Positions 1 through 10,983 of a DNA stretch of 64,000 nt are shown here, one piece after another. A program made the translations under genes and the position numbers. The notes beneath the pieces were generated by a model, which did not search any database, had not been told where the DNA came from, and saw only the letters and a list, made by a program, of their open reading frames with translations. Source of the stretch: Octopus sinensis (lineage: Eukaryota); the NCBI RefSeq assembly GCF_006345805.1, contig NC_043025.1, positions 14,384,001-14,448,000 on the forward strand, in the 5' to 3' direction. The number at the start of each line of letters is the position of its first letter. Position 1 is the stretch's first letter.

Positions 1-650
1 AATACAGTGATGGCAACACATTACAACAATACTAAGCAAAATAATATTACATAGTACACCAACATAAACTATAATGTAGATACAAAGTAAATTGGTCTAT
101 TTCATTACTAATTTATTGGGTATTTATGCAATATGTTTGTGGATAGTTGATAGGTTATATGTGATACTGATGAGAGAACAATAACTCCTGAAACATGGAT
201 GTACACACTTTATCTATTTTTTTTTATCTTAATCACACTGTTTACATAAAGGTACTCATATATATGAAACCTAACTCTCAGTGCAGGCTGTGAATTCTAT
301 GAGAAATCTAGAGAGATAAACTTAGAAATGCAATACAATAAAGTCAACATATAACATCAGTAATATTGGATCTCGAAGTACATCACATAGAGCTTTAAAT
401 AACGGCATGTAAATATGAAGGTTGGCAGTGATTCCTTCAAAGTTTTGGACTGTTAGTCTGTTAGAGGAACTCACAACAAAGCAAATAAAAAGCAAGTAAA
501 AAAAAAAGTTAAACATAAGTATATAACAATAAAAAAATGTGCAAATTTGTTTTCATTTATTAATTCTTTTTTAAATGTTTTTTTTTTTTCATGAACTTTC
601 TCAGCATGCAACAGGGTCAACCCAGAAAATTACTGAAGCAAAATTTAAAG

Positions 651-680
<30 letters not shown>

Positions 681-685
<5 letters not shown>

Positions 686-1078
686 GGAGATGTACTCGCA
701 TAGCAAGTGATTTGATCTGAGATCATGTGCTGGAACGAAAACAATTACAGCGTGGAAGGTGTTTATAAGCCATTTAAGAAACACACAAAAGCCATTCGAT
801 TCACTTCAACATTTAAGTTTAATTTGTCAAAATATTTTCATTGCTAAAATCCGCGACCTGTTCACTGACAAAAATCCGTGCTGCACGGATTTTTGTCAGT
901 GAACAGGTCGCGGATTTTAGCGACGAAAATATTTTGACAAATTAAACTTAAATGTTGAAGTGAATCGAATGGCTTTTGTGTGTTTCTTAATGGCTTATAA
1001 ACACCTCCACGCTGTAATTGTTTTCGTTCCAGCACATGATCTCAGATCAAATCACTTGCTATGCGAGTACATCTCCAT

Positions 1079-1081
<3 letters not shown>
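681..1081. repeat. Near-perfect ~400-bp palindrome between (TA)n tracts, plus a third partial arm at 1123-1268
   Basis: The arms are reverse complements around the centre CCGTGC-T-GCACGG (882). Confidence 0.95.
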
Positions 1082-1124
<43 letters not shown>

Positions 1125-1267
1125 TGCAGCACGGACTTTGTCAGTGAACAGGTCGCGGATTTTAGCGACGAAAATATTTTGACAAATTAAACTTAAATGT
1201 TGAAGTGAATCGAATGGCTTTTGTGTGTTTCTTAAATGGCTTATAAACACCTTCACGCTGTAATTGT

Positions 1268-1298
<31 letters not shown>

Positions 1299-1355
1299 TA
1301 TATATAAGCAATAATAAATCTCTGAACGAGGTATAGACAGTGGCTGCACGACTAA

Positions 1356-1595
1356 GTGAAGTATATTTGCCACTTAAATGTGGCTAACCACAAAGGGTGG
1401 ATGCTACTGTAGCTTGTAGCCCTGGGAGATCATCTTCTCCAGCTGGCTATTGACACACTTTCTGTGCCCTTTCTATGCATAGGGCACAGAAAGTGCATTA
1501 GTAGCCAGCTGGAGAAGTAGTTCTCCTGGGGCTACAAGCTACAGTAGAATCCACCCTTTGTGGTTAGCCACATTTAAGTGGCAAATATACTTCAC
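1356..1595. repeat. ~240-bp fold-back inverted repeat
   Basis: GTGAAGTATATTTGCCACTTAAATGTGGCTAACCACAAAGGGTGGA... mirrored by ...TCCACCCTTTGTGGTTAGCCACATTTAAGTGGCAAATATACTTCAC. Confidence 0.9.
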
Positions 1596-1817
1596 ATATA
1601 TATATATAAGAAAAATTAAAATATTTAACAATCTGACCCCACAAAGAAATCCCTTAACAAAAGAAGAAAAACACTTCAGGCAATTTTGCAAACAAAAAAA
1701 GGAAATACATACCCCCACCCACACCCCTGCACACAAAACAAGCATTTATAGATTTATGGTTAGAGCAAGCAAAAGAAAACGAAAAAAAAAAGTAAAATTA
1801 GCAAGAAAGAGAGCAAG

Positions 1818-1853
1818 AGGTCACTAGAGGTCACAAAAGGTCACCAGAGGTCA
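1818..1853 (+). promoter_or_regulatory. Four AGGTCA half-sites at 4-bp spacing (triple DR4 nuclear-receptor-type element)
   Basis: AGGTCA-ctag-AGGTCA-caaa-AGGTCA-ccag-AGGTCA. Function untested. Confidence 0.4.
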
Positions 1854-2308
1854 TGCAGTTATTTCCATACTTCCAGCTGCTCATAGTTCTATTGTATTCC
1901 CCCCCCCACCACCTCCACCCTCGCTTCTCACCAATGTTAAGGGTCAAGATCAGTAGCAGCAGTGGCAGCAGTAGTAGCACTAATAGTAGTAGTAGTAGTA
2001 TTAACAGCACCAACAGGAGGGATCAAGAGTAGTAGTAGTAGTAGTAGTAGTTGGAGCGGTAGTTGAGCCGGACACTCTGATTGGTTAATGGAAAGAGAGC
2101 TTTCCCATTCGTCCAATCCGATAACTTACTTACATTTTTTTCTGCCTCTCTTCCAGCGATTGGTAGAAGCGTCGGTAGCCATCCCTGGATTCACGCAGGA
2201 ACGCACACAGGTAGCACCAGTTAACGAGATAGAAAAAATCACATAAACTTTCATTGACTTTTATTAATTATGATTTCAAACCCCTTGTTACCTGAAAATC
2301 TGGGATTA

Positions 2309-2698
2309 GTTGTAGTTAACTAGGGATGGGTTGTAATTAGCTAGGGATGGCTTGTAATTAACTAGGGATGGCTTGTAATTAGCTAGGGATGGGTTGTAAT
2401 TAGCTAGGGATGGCTTGTAATTAGCTAGGGATGGCTTGTAATTAACTAGGGATGGCTTGTAATTAGCTAGGGATGGGTTGTAATTAGCTAGGGATGGCTT
2501 GTAATTAGCTAGGGATGGGTTGTAATTAGCTAGGGATGGCTTGTAATTAGCTAGGGATGGCTTGTAATTAACTAGGGATGGCTTGTAATTAGCTAGGGAT
2601 GGGTTGTAATTAGCTAGGGATGGCTTGTAATTAGCTAGGAATGGCTTGTAATTAACTAGGGATGGCTTGTAATTAGCTAGGAATGGCTTGTAATTAAC
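2309..2698. repeat. 21-bp minisatellite, ~18 copies (GGGATGGCTTGTAATTAGCTA)
   Basis: Direct inspection. A degenerate sister array lies at 3705-4250. Confidence 0.95.
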
Positions 2699-3000
2699 GA
2701 AGAATGAGTCTGAATTAATTAGATTGGGTCAGGTGTGTGTGTGGAGGGGGGAGGAAGCGCTGTTGCAGCATGTCACTGCATTCCCCATTTGTCGGTATAT
2801 TCCTGGGTCCTCCTGGGTCCTCCAGTCAGTCCCCATCTCTGCGAGACCCCTCCTTATCTGCTGTGGCCATGTAGCATGTGATTGTCCAACATCAGCTGTC
2901 AACCCAACTTCATCTTCAGTGAAGGGAACACAGCAATCAGGGTCGTAATCAGGGTCTAACCTGGAAAAACTGAGCAACATCACAAGTCCGAGGTATGGGA

Positions 3001-3385
3001 AGCACTCCGTCGGTTACGACGACGAGGGTTCCGGTTGATCTGAATCAACGGAACAGCCTGCTCGTGAAATTAACGTGTAAGTGGCTGAGCACTCCACAGA
3101 CACGTGCACCCTTAACGTAGTTCTCGGGGATATTCAACGTGACACAGAGAGTGACAAGGCCGGCCCTTTGAAATACAGGTACAACAGAAACAGGAAGTAA
3201 GAGTGAGATAAAGTTGTGGTGAAAGAGTACAGCAGGGATCACCACCATCCCCTGCCAGAGCCTCGTGGAGCTTTTAGGTGTTTTCGCTCAATAAACACTC
3301 ACAACGCCCGGTCTGGGAATCGAAACCGCGATCCTATAACCGCGAGTCCGCTGCCCTAACCACTGGGCCATTGCGCCTCCACGAG
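3001..3385 (-). mobile_element. Family B SINE
   Basis: Reverse complement of the 26616-26998 sequence. Confidence 0.85.
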
Positions 3386-4898
3386 GTGGCGCTTCCAAAT
3401 CATACAAGTAACCGGGTGCACCCCAGTTTCTGGGTAGAGTCGTTAGTTGGATATGAAATCCAACCACGGGTGACCCATAATCCTGCAAAGCTTCTTATTT
3501 CTTTACTACCCACAAGGGGCTAAACGCAGAGGGGACAAACAAGGACAGGCAAACGGATTAAGTCGATTACATCAACCCCAGTGTGTAACTGGTACCTATT
3601 TAATCGACCCTGAAGGGATGAAAGGCAAAGTCGACCTCGGCGGAATTTGAACTCAGAACGTAACGGCAGACAAAATACCTATTTCTTTACTACCCACAAG
3701 GGGCTAAATTGTAATTAATTATCAGTTCTAATTAATTGAGGACCAGTTGTAATTAACTAGGGACTAATTGTAATTAACTATAATTAATAATTAGTTGTAT
3801 TAACTAGGGACTAGTTTTAATTAACTATAATTAATAATTAGTTGTATTAACTAGGGACTAGTTTTAATTAACTATAATTAGTTGTATTAACTGGGAGCTA
3901 GTTTTGATTAACTATAATTCATTATTGCAATTAACTAAGGGCCATTCATAATTAACCAGGGACCATTTCTAATTACCTGTAATTAGTTATCAGTTGTAAT
4001 TAACTGAGGAATAATTGTAATTAACTATAATTAACTCTCAGCTGTTATTAATTGAGGATAAGTTGTAATTAACCACAAACTAGTTCTAATTATCTGCAAT
4101 CAACTATCAGTTGTAATTAACAAAGGAGTAGTTATAATTAACTGTAACTAGTTATCAGTTGTAATTAATTGAGGAATAGCTGTAATTAATCGGGGACTAG
4201 TTGTAATTAGCTGTAATTAACAATCAGTTGTTATTTGACTGGTAGTTATTTTATCAAGCCCAGAATGATAAAAGTTAAGGTGAGACTTGGTAGGAATTGA
4301 ACCTGGAATATGATGGAAACTAAGTATAATAGCAAGGTGTATATTGCTCTCCACACTGATGCTGATGATGATGATGATCTTTTTTTAACTTGTTTCAGTC
4401 ATTTGACAGCGGCCATGCTGGAGCACCACCTTTAGTTGAGCAAATCGACCCCAGGACTTATTCTTTGGAAGCCTGGTACTTATTCTATCAGTCTCTTCTG
4501 CCGAACCGCTAGTGTATATGTTTGTCTCCCCAAATTCGCTTGACAACCGATGCTGGTGTGTTTATGTCCCCGTAACTTAGTGGTTTGGCAAAAGGGACCG
4601 ATAGAATAAGTACTAGGCTTTACAAAGAATAAGTCCTGGGGTTGATATGCTCGACTAAAGGCGGTGCTCCAGCATGGCTGCAGTCAAATGACTGAAACAA
4701 GTAAAAGAGTAAAGAATATATTTATTTTATTATAAATGCAAAACAACACCACAGAGGAATCGATGCCAGCTTAAATAATAAACCATGATTGGTGAACTGC
4801 GATATGGCGAGGAATTACTGTAGTTCACTTCCAGTCTTGAATGGAAAAACGAGTGAGGGTTGGGGACAGGAGAAGCACCTGGCCATTAAAAACAATTC

Positions 4899-5352
4899 AT
4901 CATCATCATTTAGTGTCCGCTTTCCATGCTAGCATGGGTTGGACTGTTCGACTGGGATCTGGGAAGCCAGGAGGCTGCACCAGGCTCCAGTCTGATCTGG
5001 CAGTGTTTCTACAGCTGGATGCCCTTCCTAACTCCAACCACTCCGTGAGTGTAGTGGGTGCTTTTTACGTGCCACTGGCACAGGTGCCAGGGGAGTCTGG
5101 CATCGGCCACGATCGGTTGGTGCTTTTAATGTGCCACCGGCACGGAAGCCAGTGAAGGCGGCGCTGGCATCGGCCACGTTTGGATGGTACTTTTCTATGT
5201 GCCACCGGCACAGAAGCCAGTCGAGGCGGCGCTGGCATTGGCCACGTTCAGATGGTGCTTTTTTATGTGTCACCGGCACAGAAGCCAGTCGAGGCGGCGC
5301 TGGCATCGGCCACGTTCGGATGGTGCTTTTTTATGTGCCACCGGCACAGGCA
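4899..5352 (-). mobile_element. Family D retroposon (RTE 3' UTR-derived), with tandem ~62-bp internal repeats
   Basis: (CAT)n-TTTAGTGTCCGCTTTCCATGCTAGCATGGGTTGG... with 4 copies of GGTGCTTTTTATGTGCCACCGGCACAGAAGCCAGTCGAGGCGGCGCTGGCATCGGCCACG. Confidence 0.8.
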
Positions 5353-5729
5353 TCACAACTACTATTTCCATTGATATTTATTTGCCTCAACAAATTCCAT
5401 CTGACTCATGCAAGCACAGAAAAGCAGATGTTAAACTATAACGATGATGAACAGGATGCTGGCGGGGCCTGGGAAGGTTGGCGACAAGGGTGATGAGAAG
5501 GAGATGCATGAGTGGGTGAGGAGTACCTGAGTTGGAGTGCGTGGGTCAGGGAACCTTGATGATAAAATATTCAAATAAAATAAAATGTACAACAACTAAA
5601 ACAAAACTTATAACAACAACAACAACAACAGCAACAGCAACAATATTGACAACATAGCAAAAGAGTGTTGTAATGGTGGTGGTGGTTTCGATGAGGGGGG
5701 GAGGGGAATTAAAATGGGGACGGAGTTAC

Positions 5730-5860
5730 CTTCTGTCGAAATCATCTTCTTTGTCTTCGTAACAACCATTCATCAGTTGATTAGGGGTCCATTTGATTGT
5801 GAGCCCTTCAGCAGATTGGTGCAGGGACAGATAGCCAGGGAGGGCTTCGATGTCCTCTTT
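5730..5860 (-). CDS. SGSM1: SGSM1/2-like coding exon ([32 protein letters not shown]...FDR), PH-like region
   Basis: Matches [36 protein letters not shown]. Boundaries catacag| and AG|gtaact; 131 nt, phase 0 to 2. Confidence 0.96.
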
Positions 5861-5982
5861 CTGTATGAAGGAGAAAGTACACGTGATAATAATGGTGGTG
5901 GTGGTCGTGGTGGGGATGGAGGAGAGCATTTACTGTCCAATAACATGCTTCTCGTATATATTATTAATCCATGTATTTATAA

Positions 5983-6360
5983 TCTGAGAAGCAGCATGGC
6001 TTATTGGTTGGAGTATTTGGTTCACAATTGTAAGGTTCTGGGATCAATTCCCAGCAGTGCATGGTGTCCTTGAGTGGAGAGGCGTGGCCGGACTGGGCGA
6101 TGTATGGCTGGACCGGGCGATGTATGGCCGGACCGGGTGATGTATGGCCGGACCGGGCGATGTATGGCTGGACCGGGCGATGTATGGTAGACTGGGCAAT
6201 GTATGACTGGACCGGGCAATATATTGTGTTCTTGAGTAAAACACTTCATTTCACGCTGCTCCAGGCCACTCGACCGACAAAAGTGAGTTACCCTGTGATG
6301 GACTGGCATCCCATCCAGGTGGGGAATATACACGCCATGAAACCAAGAAACTGGCCCCTT
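5983..6360 (+). mobile_element. Family E tRNA-headed SINE with internal 20-bp minisatellite
   Basis: Head GCATGGCTTATTGGTTGG...GATCAATTCCC and body CTTGAGTAAAACACTTCATTTCAC...GATGGACTGGCATCCCATCCAGG. A related copy lies at 41432-41660. Confidence 0.75.
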
Positions 6361-6651
6361 ATGAAAAGGTAACTTTTCACTTTATTGTATCCTTGATCAA
6401 AGCGTTTTATTTCCCGTTGCCCCAGTCCATTCAGCTGGCGAAAATGAGCAGTACCGGTAATTCAAAGGGCCGGCTCGGTCTTGTTCTTTGTCAAGCTGAT
6501 TTTCCCTCAGAACTACATTAAAGGTAAGTGAGTCTGTGGAGTACTCAGCCACTTGCACATTAATTTCACAAGCAGGCTCCCCCATTGATCAGATCAAGTG
6601 GAACACTCACCATTGTAACCGACGAACGGCCAGTTCATTTATAGACTACAC

Positions 6652-6831
6652 CAGTGGTTCCCAACCTGGGGTCCACGGAACCCTGGTGGTCTGCAAAGGT
6701 AGTACTGGGGGTCCATGAACTAAATTTGAAATTCCATATATATATACACACACACACACACACATAAGGATAGGCATATTAAAAGGGGTCAATGGAAAAA
6801 CTCATTTAAATAAAAGGGTTGGGAACTGCTG
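6652..6831. mobile_element. hAT-like MITE remnant
   Basis: Termini CAGTGGTTCCCAACC and GGTTGGGAACTGCTG are imperfect inverted repeats; no intact 8-bp TSD. Confidence 0.6.
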
Positions 6832-7756
6832 ATGGGATCCACTGGTCTACACACATTCAAGGCTACATGCACACATATACACACATCCAACAAGCATAGA
6901 CTCAACATGTCACTCATATGGGCATACACACTCAAGATACAATGTATATACACACTATCAACAGTACACATACTCAGCACACCTAATGCATATACACACC
7001 TTCAACACACACACACACACTCTTGACACACGTAATGTATATACACACTCTCAAAGATACTACAGACATGCACATATACAGACACTTGACACACCTAATG
7101 CATATACACATTCTTGACATAACATACACACACACTTGACACACCTAATGCATACACACACACACACATGCATGCACATACACATATACACACACACACG
7201 TTCAACACTCCTAATGCATATATGCACTCTCAACAGTGCACACACATACACACACTTGACACACCTAATGCATACACACACACACACACATGCCCATACA
7301 CATGTACATACATACATACACGCACACTCAACACTCCCAATGCATATACACACTCAACAGAGCATGCGCACGGACACACATACACACTTGATACACCTAA
7401 TGCGTATACACACTCTCAACATAGTACACACACACATCTAACACTACACACACACACACATCTAACACTACACACACACACACATGTAACACTACACACA
7501 CATCTAACACTACACACACACACACACATGTAACACTACACACACACACACACATCTAACACTGCACACACACACACATCTAACACTACACACACACATG
7601 TAACACTACACACACACACACATCTAACACTACACACACACACACATCTAACACTACACACACACATACATAACCACATTCACTCCACACACCCGACAGC
7701 AGCCATTCCACAGCAGTGCCATCCCCACCACCAGCAGTGATACCAGTAATACTCAC

Positions 7757-7897
7757 AGGTTGGACGAGGACATTGTTCTTCCCATAGAGGAGAGTATTTT
7801 TGGAGTTCTGGTGCAACGATTCCACATACTCCTTGGCTGACACGTGGAGGCCTTTCATGCTTTCCTCACTACTGGAACTTGTGTGTCGACGGACTTG
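7757..7897 (-). CDS. SGSM1: SGSM1/2-like coding exon (QVRRHTSS...[27 protein letters not shown])
   Basis: Matches [31 protein letters not shown]. Boundaries cttcag| and |gtgagt; 141 nt, phase 0 to 0. Confidence 0.96.
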
Positions 7898-8066
7898 CTG
7901 AAGAAACATCAATCATTTATATACGTTAGTGGGAATATTTCAGGCGTTAATTACAGTAACGAGGCATTAAAGAGTATGGAACGATAAAAATTAGATTTTT
8001 TTTGCAGGCAGAATTGCCGTTGGAACAACAGAAATAATGGGTAAATTACTGTTACAAAGTGGAAAA

Positions 8067-8454
8067 GAGTGGCCGTGTGGTAAGTAGCTTGCTTACCAAC
8101 CACATGGCTCTGGGTTCAGTCCTACTGCATGGCACCTTGGGAAAGTGTCTTCTACTATAGCCTCAGGCCGACCAAAGCCTTGTGAGTGGATTTCATAGGT
8201 GGAAACTGAAAGAAGCCTGTCGTGCGTGTGTATATGTATGTATGTGTGTGTGTGTGTGTGTGTCTTTGTGTTTGTCCCACCAACATCGCTTGACAACTGA
8301 TGTTGGTCTGTTTACGTTGCTTTAACTTAGCAGTTTGGCAAAAGAGGCCCACAGAAAAAAATCCTGGAGTGATTTGTTTGATAACAATACTTCAAGGTGG
8401 TGCTCCAACATGGTCACAATCAAACGATTGAAACAAGTAAAAGAATAAAAGAAT
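8067..8454 (+). mobile_element. Family A tRNA-headed SINE (~400 bp, internal TA/TG microsatellite)
   Basis: Head GGAGTGGCTGTGTGGTAAG...GGGTTCAGTCCC (A/B-box-like) and tail GACTGAAACAAGTAAAAGA. About 30 full or partial copies in the window. Confidence 0.85.
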
Positions 8455-8519
8455 CTATGAATGTATGAATGTGTGTGTGTATATGAAAGTAATTATGTAA
8501 AGGAGGCAAATGGGTTTAC

Positions 8520-8674
8520 TTGTAATCCTGGTCTTTTGGGAGATCCAGGCCCAGCAAGGTGGTGAGTAGCTCCACTGTGGATGCGGTGTCTCTGAACAAG
8601 TTCATCAGCGGGAGGGTCAGTCCAATAATGGTCAGTTGTTTTCATCTTGGTGTAATCCAAGGCACAAGGCCCCA
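8520..8674 (-). CDS. SGSM1: SGSM1/2-like coding exon ([32 protein letters not shown]...PGLQ)
   Basis: Near-identical to [37 protein letters not shown]. Boundaries gttcag| and |gtaaac; 155 nt, phase 1 to 0. Confidence 0.96.
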
Positions 8675-8822
8675 CTGAACACACGGACAAATTAAAAAAA
8701 ACAAAAACAGCAAAAAATTAACACAATAATAATAATAATAATAATAATAACAATAATCATAATAATAATAATAACAATAATAATAATAATAATAATAATA
8801 AAATTAACACAATAATAATAAC

Positions 8823-8860
<38 letters not shown>

Positions 8861-9380
8861 TAATAATAATAATAATAATAAGTACATTGTTTTGTCTTGG
8901 TATAAAAGATGGCCTACAGCAAATATTCTGCTCAATACCACAGATTTGCTTGTCAGTTGTTTGACCTTAACCGGTTGATTATGTCCCTTAGTGGCTGACG
9001 ATATGTGCATCTCTGATAACGAGCAGAAGTAGTGGGGGAGCATCATAGCCATGTGTTGAGAGGGATTGTTTGGGGTTTGAATAATTCAACTCTGGAAACA
9101 TGGGTGTTTCGTTCAACACCCTTAAACAACCCTTATTCAGGGACCTTTTGAGTGAGATGGCTTACTCAACCTGAAGAAAATTCTACCTGGGCCCCACCTA
9201 CAAGTTCATGTGCTGTTTATCTTGATATGAGATCACCATGTCGCGCACATATGGTTGTGATGCATGTGCCTGGTGTACCTTTATCAGACAGGTAGTCATG
9301 ATGGGTATACTGGGCTTCGTATATTTTACCCCAGTGTCACTTTGATGGCATGCACTGCTCTCTCACTCAATAATAACAAT

Positions 9381-9571
9381 ACACACAGATAGAGAAATTA
9401 AGGCCAATAGGCCAGATATAATTGTCAGAGATCATGAAGGAAAAAAAATGCTTTCTAATTGATGTATCAATACCTGCAGATGACAACGTGTCTCTAAAAG
9501 AAATGGAGAAACTCTCAAAATACAAAGACCTGGAAATAGAGGTAACCAGAATGTGGAATCTAAAAACAGAA
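9381..9571 (+). mobile_element. R4/Dong-like non-LTR retrotransposon fragment (restriction-like endonuclease domain)
   Basis: HTDREIKANRPDIIVRDHEGKK/fs/CFLIDVSIPADDNVSLKEMEKLSKYKDLEIEVTRMWNLKTE carries the PD..D..EK..KY REL motif. It sits next to an AAT repeat. Confidence 0.8.
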
Positions 9572-10299
9572 GATAACTTCTGCTACAAATATTTCATAAA
9601 CTTGACAGGAACTGGCAAGGCCAAGGGCTGCACCGGATCCCATAGTTGGTTGCACAGACATTTGACAATATAGCATGGTTATATCATAAGGGTAATGGGA
9701 AATTTAATGAACCATTGATGTGGGTGTTGGTGCCTTGTAAAAAAACACCCAGCACAGTCTGTAACATGGTTGGCATTAGGAAGGGCATCCAACCATTGGC
9801 ATTAGGAAGGGCATCTGCTGACATCAAGGGCTTCATTTCTGCGGTTATCATTCTGGGTCACTCTCAGAAATGCTTCTACCTCTTCTTTGGAGCTGGTTAA
9901 TTTCCCTCTGCCTTCTTCCATTCAAAGGACTGAGCAGGGAGCAATCAGAGGAGGGAAGCCAGAATAGATGTTGTTCAAAGGGGTATGGAACCAGCATGAT
10001 GCGACAGGGGCAAACCAGCATATGCTGTCAGGCCCCGATGCTGATATTAGGGGTTACATTCTATGCCTTTTTATTCATGTACCCAAAGAGACCCAGAACA
10101 GGTCGAAACATGTGTCATACCCAATCAAATATTTTACTTCTCTGCCAAGCCATCTAACCCATGCCAGCATGGAAAATCGAAATTAAATGTTGATGACGAT
10201 GATAGTGTTTGACAAAGATTTTATTTTATCAAACCCAGAAGGAATAAAAGGCAAGGTGAGCCTCATGAGAGATTTGAACTCAGAACATAAGACAACCAT

Positions 10300-10686
10300 G
10301 CTGTGTGGTAAGTAGCTTGCTAACCAACCACATGGTTCTGGGTTCAGTCCCACTGCGTGGAATCTTGGGCAAGTGTCTTCTGCTATAGCTCCGGGCTGAC
10401 CAATGCCTTGTGAGTGGATTTGGTAGACAGAAACTGAAAGAAGCCTGTCGTATATATGTATGTATATATATATGTATGGGTGTGTGTGTTTGTGTTTGTG
10501 TTTGTCCCCCTAGCATTGCTGGACAACCGATGCTGGTGTGTTTACGTCCCCGTCACTTAGCAGTTCGGCAAAAGAGACCGATAGAATAAGGACTGGGCTT
10601 ACAAAGAATAAGTCCTGGGGTCGATTTGCTCGACTAAAGGCAGTGCTCCAGCATGGCCACAGTCAAATGACTGAAACCAGTAAAAG
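10300..10686 (+). mobile_element. Family A SINE
   Basis: High similarity to the other family A copies. Confidence 0.85.
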
Positions 10687-10945
10687 GTATATACCACAAC
10701 AAGGTTTTTCATTTGTGAATTTACCACAAAGGCATACAATTTGTTCTGTGGGGGAAAGGAACAGTTGATGGAATCGAACCCTGGGCTTTTCATTGATGGG
10801 TTGCAGTTTTACCTTACTGGTTCCTAAATGAAAGGAAAAGTCAATTGTGTTTTATATATTTGAACAGAAACTGTAAAAGAGACACAAAAGAATAGAACAA
10901 GGAATTTTTGTCTGTCGCTCGACCGATTCTATCATCCACCACCTC

Positions 10946-10983
<38 letters not shown>

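Noticed and set aside
5130-5352. Regularly spaced ~62-bp repeats that superficially resemble a CRISPR array
   Set aside because: Contiguous tandem units with no unique spacers, inside a eukaryotic retroposon; no cas genes.
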